In this document: in pieces, positions 6,501-11,062 of the stretch
Layout of the letters: every line of letters begins with the position of its first letter
How positions within the stretch are numbered: position 1 is the stretch's first letter
Source of the DNA: an uncultured archaeon
Lineage (GTDB): Archaea; Altiarchaeota; Altiarchaeia; IMC4; SCGC-AAA252-I15
DNA length: 11,062 bases
Direction: 5' to 3'
NCBI GenBank assembly: GCA_902384455.1
Contig: CABMCB010000084.1
Coordinates: forward strand, 1-11,062
Notes under the pieces: model-generated
What the model was told of the DNA's origin: nothing
Database searches by the model: none
The model's input: only the letters and a program-made list of their open reading frames with translations
Translations under genes and position numbers: made by a program

Positions 6501-9500
6501 GGCCCGGGAAGAACATACAATTTGGACATGGCGTTCGGAGGATTTGCGCCCGTAAGCGAACTTGCCTGCTGGGTCGTCAACAACAGGTCAAGCACACAAG
6601 CCCTCACCCGGACGTCTGGTACTCCGCAGGCGGGGCAATACCACCTCTCCGAGTCAGACCGCAACTTATCATTAAGCGAAAACGTCAACGACGTTTCAGG
6701 CCGCACCCTCACTTTCAATTATACTTGCCGCCCCTACTTTGACTACGCGGATTCACGAAACGATAATTCGTGGATTGCTTTCCATTTGTCCGGCGACACG
6801 CTTTATGGGTTGGGCAGAATCGACGGGAAAACGTTCTCAGACGCGGATTTAGTGAGGCGCCAGATGACTCCTTACTCAACCACCCCCGAAGAGTACGTCC
6901 TCTACGCGATGCTGAACTCCACCACACCCTACGGCGACGTATGGCAGGCGACATACGACGTAGGCTGGAAAAGCGACGGGGTAATAGCATTGTTTGTGGG
7001 GGCCAACGGAAGCGTCTACCGCTACAATGCGACGTCAGATTCAATAGAGATTCTTTCGTCGCCCACCACAAGCATCCTGCGCGGCGTAGACTATCGGCCT
7101 AACAGCAACACCGCGTTGATTGTGGGAGACGGGGGGACGCTGTTGGTATATAATGGAACTAGCATATACTCGCGTGCGTCAGGCACAAACGACAGTCTGC
7201 GGGACGTCGCTTGGAAGCCGGACGGCTCGTACGCGTTGATTGTCGGCGGAGACGGGTTAGGTGTTGGGCGCGTCCTAATCTACTACTCAAACGGCTCAGT
7301 CTCAACCCTCAATTCCGGCGTAACCGACCTCAACGCGGGAGCATTCACATACCTGAACTCCGTAGCCTGGCACCCAAACGGCACTTACGCATTGATAGCC
7401 GGAGACTGGCGCTCAACAAACAGAAACTACACTCAACTAGACGACAGAAACCGCGCCGGAGGAATAATCCCCGCAAACTGCACAATCACATACAACCTCC
7501 CCGCGCTACTCCTCTACAACGGCACTTTCACTCAAATAGACAAGCCGGGAATACGCTGGTACACGGGAATGCCATTCGGCAGGATAGAATGCTACCCCGA
7601 GTACCGCTACCTCTGGTGGACCCTCCAAGGCATCGCATTCAAACCCTCAACATCAACCGCAGCAATCACGGGACGAGGAAAACTCTACACATACGACACA
7701 TCATACGCCTACACCGAAACAAACATGGAAGGCGTTCTAGAATACAACAGCACATTCGGCCTGTACACAAACGAAGGAACAGTCACTTTAGGGAGGATTT
7801 CATTCACCGCCGACGGTAGTTACGCCTACTTCGTGGGCGGCAATGCGACGTACCGCCACAGCCCAGGCTACGGGTGGTCTTCCTACTTCAGGGCGCCATT
7901 AGTGGGCTCAACATACATGCGGGCCGCATCCATGAACCCCACCAGCAACATAACAATAAGCTTCTTTGCGGGAGACGTATTCCTCCTATACGGCAGCGTA
8001 ACATCAGTCCTAAAACACGATACTGCCCCATTCGCAATAGACGTGCCCGGAGACGCAAACCCCGCATACGGCTACGCATCAACAAACCCCCTTGCATGGG
8101 AAGGCTCACACGCCGAAACATCCGCGATACTCCAATCAGACTACGCAACCCGCCACCAAGAAAAATACGACGAAAACCTCGCAACCGACCCCCTCAACAG
8201 CGACACAGACGGAGACTACCTACTAGACGGCGACGAAACATCAATCCTCGAATACACAGACCCAGACGCAGACGGCCTCGCAAACCCACTCGACTCAGAC
8301 AGCGACAACGACGGACTACTCGACGGAGTCGAACCCCTCTGGAACGTGGACACAGACCACGACGGACTTGTGAACGCACTCGACTCAGACAGCGACAACG
8401 ACAACAATACCGACGCAACAGAAGTCCGCGTAATATTCCGCGTAGGAAGCACAAACTACACATCAGCCGGAAACTGGCTCGGAATATACAACGCAAGCAG
8501 CAGCACACTAGACGCATACAACTACCTCAATCCCACCGCAGGAAACACCACACCCATAACCCCAATGACATACACATTCCTTGGCGTAAACACCACAATC
8601 AAAACAGCCGAAGGATACGTAATATCCAAAACCGCAGACATATACGGCGGCATAATCCACATACCACTCGCAGAAGGAGGATACGCAAAATACGGCCACG
8701 TACAAACAATACCAAACAACACCCGCACACGCATACCAGAATACTCACTAACCGGCCGCGAAACATACGACGGAAGCCTAATGATAGGCACAGACCAAGA
8801 CGCAGACGGACTCGCAGACGCCGCAGACCCCTACCCAACCAACCCCGACGCAGACAACGACAGCCTCAAAGACGGATTCGAACATAACTGGAGCATAGAC
8901 ACAGACGGCGACGGCCTCACAAACATACTCGACGTCGACAGCGACAACGACGGTTTGCCTGACGGTTGGATAGATGGCTGGTGTTATAATGCGACGCGCG
9001 AAGGATTGCACCAGCACGCAAACGGCAGCATAGACGGGTGGGGCGTATGGTGCAATAGGACTGAAGGCATTAAGCAACGTTTTGAGGGAGAAGACTTGAA
9101 CCTCGACGGGGCCACGCTAAACGAAACAGACCCCTTAAGAAACGACACGGACGCCGACGACATCCTAGACGGCGCAGAAATCGCCATATACTCCACTGAC
9201 CCACTCATAGACTCAGACAGCGACGGCGACCGCGTATCAGACGCCGACGAACTAACAGGCTACTTCTGCGCAGGCGTCCTCGAAGCCGAAGACTTCTACT
9301 TCGGAAGAAACATAGCAGGATACTCCGAAATACTCTACCTCGCAGGAGGACTAGGCGCAAGAATACCCTACGGCAGCAGCATAACACTAAGAACAGTCGT
9401 CGAAACACCCGGCTACTACAACATAACCCTCTACGGATTCAACCTAAACAACACAATACTGCTGACCATAGCAAACGAAACAAACAAAACATCATACACC

Positions 9501-11062
9501 CTATACGTCGGCCCAAACAACAGCATCATTTACATGGGCAACCTCACTGCAGGCCTCCTTAACATCACCATCTACCCGTGGGAGTCGGGGAAGACCGCTC
9601 AGTTGGACCGCGTAGTCCTGTGGAAGCTGGGGTTGAACGCGTCAAACAACGACTCTGACGGCGACGGCATACTTGACGGCGACGAACGATTCAGGCTCGT
9701 GTCGCTTTCCGGCGGGACGACCATAATTGGGACTGCGCCGCTTTCAACAGACACGGACGGAGACGGCATGGGCGACGGCGAAGAACTGGCTGCCGGCACG
9801 TCAGGTTGGACGCAGGACTCCGACGGAGACGGAGTATCGGACACGTACGACTCCCAGCCGACGGAATTTATCGACGCTGGAAACAGCGAGTGGACGGACG
9901 AATTCCAGACGAACCTATTGGAATACAACGCTGAATACGTCATTTGGTGGCTTAACGGAACATCCTACTCCACAGGATACGGAGGCACGGAAGGCAGCCT
10001 CGGAAACGAGGGAGTCAAAGACAGCGACGTAACAGAAGAAGGAATCATCTCGTCATTAAATGGCCAGTACGACGCCGCAGACAACGCCACATTCAAGAAC
10101 TCGTACGTAGTGCGCGACATAGAACGCGACCCCTCACGATACAGCCACTCCGACAGCGACTTCATATACGAGCACGAATACGACCCATACCCAAAATACC
10201 GCCTGCACTACGACTACAACGGCTGGTTCTACAACGTCACAGTCACAAACAAACAGTCAGTCAACGTCGTCGCAGGAAGAGGAATGGTCCCAACATACCC
10301 GTGGACAATCTCGGACTACAACAGGGAAACCCACTACGTCCACACAACCAACGAAATATTCATAGAACGCGGAAAACCCCAAAGCGTCATCATAGAATTC
10401 AGCATATCCACCGAAAGAGACATAACATTCCGCGACTCAGACACATACTACGCGCTCCCAGCGGTAGAATACGTTTTCTACAAAAACGGGGGGCTAAACA
10501 ACGGAACAAACAACATCCTATACGGAGGAACAGCCGTAGCATCCAAACTCGACCCTGCACCCTGGGCCCACTCATACAGAATCTCAATCAACCTGCCGGC
10601 ATCCTACGCAACCCAAGACTCAGCAATACTCTTCATGATGCCCATGTTCATCCGAAGAACAGGCAACGAATACCAAAAGGAAAACATATACCTATCAGAC
10701 TTCTACGTCGCCTCCCTCCAAACCCAAGTCCCACAACACTCCTACGCAGCAATAACCAAAACAGAAGGCAACCTCACCCTGCTCACCGGCTCAATACCCA
10801 CAAACATAACTTCATACCACACAGGCACCAACACATTCGGAGCATTCAACACATACGTATTCAACTACGCAAACGAAACAGACACGCAAGACATACCAAC
10901 CAGCCAGATAGACACAGCGCTCACATCATCAGACGCAGTAGTCATAATCGCCACAACCGATGCATTAGTCGCCCAAATACAAAACACCGTAAACTGGACC
11001 GCCGCATGGTACATAGAAACAACAGACGACGACAACCTAACAAGCCGCACATTCAAAAAGAC
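3462..11062 (+). CDS. Giant secreted multidomain glycoprotein with DxDxDG Ca-binding (TSP3-like) repeats and beta-propellers; 3'-truncated, at least 2533 aa
   Basis: Manual translation from ATG 3462 (MQRGLTVSFVFLAAVFFLISPLVDA...) meets no stop before the window end (...DDDNLTSRTFKK). The ORF track lists nothing in this frame after 3221, consistent with a run-off ORF. The previous in-frame stop is TGA at 3384 and GGGGG lies at 3448-3452. Domain content is coherent and N-x-S/T sequons are abundant. Confidence 0.95.
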   Translation, partial: MQRGLTVSFVFLAAVFFLISPLVDAVACEFLDNRVDCCAVEACDWREDRCGDALFGLRPGCEEVVPPTIVSCTLNETNVSAGSQVAVDVVVSHGDLHVAEVTVTFDEVAYGCSDDQPHWYTVLNTSGKEGSYGSEANARDEEGNRADSIKCDSLNVYVVPPSILDCFLSPDDVEQGEDVVANASVSAGSYSLSSVWFEYDGTNKSYDGNGGGRFWASLATSALEGVYPVLARANDTDGNFALEFPCGNFTVTTTTTTTTTTTTTTTTTISGWLGNTRIAETSEVSLNPVIAILGGVPHVAWEDANGSASRIFYSSFTGSWATAVNLTSLGTARRPALISNGSALTLIWDDNRSGTRRVYAKWFTSSWGTSSQASAGAAENASACFSSDGTLHAAWQTSGRITSRAYVNANWTTEENASNAGSRPVVAYDHSNRLNIIYAGSPLAYRRGTVSGVSYGFTDTDVDGLPDSVELGYANQSHSEYNDADAGATKTNSTEYDTDGDHVPDGWVDGWTFLSNGTWGLDPTLKDGLFEKWEGEDGDTDGAVDAGETDPNYADSDGDGLPDGWEAWYGLNPLIASGVDGASGDFDGDSVVNSVEYARGTDPSKSDTDGDGIGDSTEISYGSNATFYDTDGDGVADGSEYAPWTDSNIDGVINIKDSDSDNDGLIDGKELSPTLDSDGDGKANVVDSDSDGDNVTDGKEQSYNIDSDGDGKVNMLDSDSDNDGVNDGNEDLDRDGTIEAYSYETSPTTPDTDGDGLWDGENITVAGTFHGGETSYGTLKLDADTDNDGLTDGEEAGGYELHIQNSSGYVRTVTAYSSPLLTDTDSDGLSDNIERDFSDPSSSDTDGDGLSDALEDANANGITDGTESSPTDADTDDDTLSDYYEVMVSHTLPNNKDTDGDGLWDYEGRRVVFRTNASDFDALGEYEETWVYGRSFLLSCIPSAMNRVVYATYNLTFNRSLTTVGSPPPGANQVWYNSSNGFITLGTNITLQQTVCCNYTFYGSSHQYNECHPGPGRTYNLDMAFGGFAPVSELACWVVNNRSSTQALTRTSGTPQAGQYHLSESDRNLSLSENVNDVSGRTLTFNYTCRPYFDYADSRNDNSWIAFHLSGDTLYGLGRIDGKTFSDADLVRRQMTPYSTTPEEYVLYAMLNSTTPYGDVWQATYDVGWKSDGVIALFVGANGSVYRYNATSDSIEILSSPTTSILRGVDYRPNSNTALIVGDGGTLLVYNGTSIYSRASGTNDSLRDVAWKPDGSYALIVGGDGLGVGRVLIYYSNGSVSTLNSGVTDLNAGAFTYLNSVAWHPNGTYALIAGDWRSTNRNYTQLDDRNRAGGIIPANCTITYNLPALLLYNGTFTQIDKPGIRWYTGMPFGRIECYPEYRYLWWTLQGIAFKPSTSTAAITGRGKLYTYDTSYAYTETNMEGVLEYNSTFGLYTNEGTVTLGRISFTADGSYAYFVGGNATYRHSPGYGWSSYFRAPLVGSTYMRAASMNPTSNITISFFAGDVFLLYGSVTSVLKHDTAPFAIDVPGDANPAYGYASTNPLAWEGSHAETSAILQSDYATRHQEKYDENLATDPLNSDTDGDYLLDGDETSILEYTDPDADGLANPLDSDSDNDGLLDGVEPLWNVDTDHDGLVNALDSDSDNDNNTDATEVRVIFRVGSTNYTSAGNWLGIYNASSSTLDAYNYLNPTAGNTTPITPMTYTFLGVNTTIKTAEGYVISKTADIYGGIIHIPLAEGGYAKYGHVQTIPNNTRTRIPEYSLTGRETYDGSLMIGTDQDADGLADAADPYPTNPDADNDSLKDGFEHNWSIDTDGDGLTNILDVDSDNDGLPDGWIDGWCYNATREGLHQHANGSIDGWGVWCNRTEGIKQRFEGEDLNLDGATLNETDPLRNDTDADDILDGAEIAIYSTDPLIDSDSDGDRVSDADELTGYFCAGVLEAEDFYFGRNIAGYSEILYLAGGLGARIPYGSSITLRTVVETPGYYNITLYGFNLNNTILLTIANETNKTSYTLYVGPNNSIIYMGNLTAGLLNITIYPWESGKTAQLDRVVLWKLGLNASNNDSDGDGILDGDERFRLVSLSGGTTIIGTAPLSTDTDGDGMGDGEELAAGTSGWTQDSDGDGVSDTYDSQPTEFIDAGNSEWTDEFQTNLLEYNAEYVIWWLNGTSYSTGYGGTEGSLGNEGVKDSDVTEEGIISSLNGQYDAADNATFKNSYVVRDIERDPSRYSHSDSDFIYEHEYDPYPKYRLHYDYNGWFYNVTVTNKQSVNVVAGRGMVPTYPWTISDYNRETHYVHTTNEIFIERGKPQSVIIEFSISTERDITFRDSDTYYALPAVEYVFYKNGGLNNGTNNILYGGTAVASKLDPAPWAHSYRISINLPASYATQDSAILFMMPMFIRRTGNEYQKENIYLSDFYVASLQTQVPQHSYAAITKTEGNLTLLTGSIPTNITSYHTGTNTFGAFNTYVFNYANETDTQDIPTSQIDTALTSSDAVVIIATTDALVAQIQNTVNWTAAWYIETTDDDNLTSRTFKK
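3651..4214 (+). repeat. Two tandem 94-aa Ig-like beta-sandwich repeats
   Basis: 3651-3932 (VVPPTIVSC...NTSGKEGSY...ARDEEGN...CDSLNV) and 3933-4214 (VVPPSILDC...ATSALEGVY...ANDTDGN...CGNFTV). Each is 282 nt with conserved first and last Cys. Confidence 0.8.
4215..4265 (+). repeat. Poly-Thr linker (17 Thr, ACN x17)
   Basis: 17 consecutive ACN codons with mixed third positions. Confidence 0.95.
4275..4805 (+). other. Four BNR/sialidase-like propeller blades
   Basis: Roughly 45-aa repeats of W...P-x-[IL]...H[VA]AW...[IV][FY]: PHVAWED, LTLIWDD, LHAAWQT, LNIIYAG. Confidence 0.6.
4836..6182 (+). repeat. DxDxDG Ca-binding repeat tract 1 (about 18 units)
   Basis: Runs from DTDVDGLPDSVE to DTDGDGLWDYE; consensus D[TS]DGDG[LVI]xDGxE...TDPxxxD. 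Confidence 0.9.
6945..8012 (+). other. Seven-bladed WD40-like beta-propeller
   Basis: Blade starts: YDVGWKSDG, LRGVDYRPNS, LRDVAWKPDG, LNSVAWHPNG, LQGIAFKPST, LGRISFTADG, MRAASMNPTS; each is followed by an ALIVG-like strand. Confidence 0.8.
8202..9860 (+). repeat. DxDxDG repeat tracts 2-4 (about 14 units), interrupted by inserted domains
   Basis: Tracts at 8202-8423 (5 units), 8793-9251 (6 units) and 9651-9860 (3 units). Confidence 0.85.
9276..9623 (+). other. CBM6/CBM35-like jelly-roll domain
   Basis: Begins VLEAEDF, contains TPGYYNITLY and GNLTAGLLNITI, and ends QLDRVVLW. This matches the EAE...G-x-Y...L-x-x-G...[LI]D-x-[IV] pattern of galactose-binding-like folds. Confidence 0.6.

Noticed and set aside
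3322-6630. tRNA-Ile as an integration site (CTCCGCAGG recurs at 6622-6630)
   Set aside because: A 9-bp match inside coding sequence is expected by chance, and there is no integrase or longer att duplication in the window. An island extending beyond the window cannot be excluded.
6183-8180. Large in-frame insertions as inteins or a DGR target
   Set aside because: No C/S...HN-C/S/T splice junctions or LAGLIDADG motifs, no adenine-mismatched template/variable repeat pair, and no reverse transcriptase.
5430-8402. Regularly spaced direct repeats as a CRISPR array
   Set aside because: Only 2-3 copies per tract, 90-nt in-frame period, spacers similar to each other at protein level, and no cas genes or leader.
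4078-10032. Arg/Thr-rich + strand ORFs in the track (e.g. 4361-4861, 7211-7819, 7874-8887, 9727-10032)
   Set aside because: Off-frame shadows of the giant ORF. Repeated GAC/AAC codons read as CGA/CAA or ACG when shifted, and the products have no protein-like features.
3419-11056. Short minus-strand ORFs, including poly-Val (4139-4375) and SPSxS-rich ones
   Set aside because: Antisense translations of the Thr17 linker and the DGDG repeats.

Overview
Archaeal genomic window, possibly DPANN/Altiarchaeota-like (inferred from gene style only). The first 3.35 kb is housekeeping: a 5'-truncated coiled-coil protein (+), mevalonate kinase (-), an FtsZ2-like ftsZ (-), RNase P protein Pop5/Rpp14 (+) and tRNA-Ile(GAT) (+). 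The remaining 7.6 kb is one uninterrupted + strand ORF that is missing from the supplied ORF track because it has no stop in the window (ATG 3462 to >11062, at least 2533 aa). It encodes a giant secreted glycoprotein: signal peptide, Cys-rich cap, two 94-aa Ig-like repeats, a Thr17 linker, a 4-blade propeller-like segment, then about 30 DxDxDG Ca-binding (TSP3-like) repeats. Whole domains sit at the same loop position of those repeats. One is nested: a VxFR...YD domain split by a 173-aa cassette (flanked by an in-frame 8-bp direct repeat) and by a 7-bladed beta-propeller. All short ORFs listed after 3350 are off-frame or antisense shadows of this gene.
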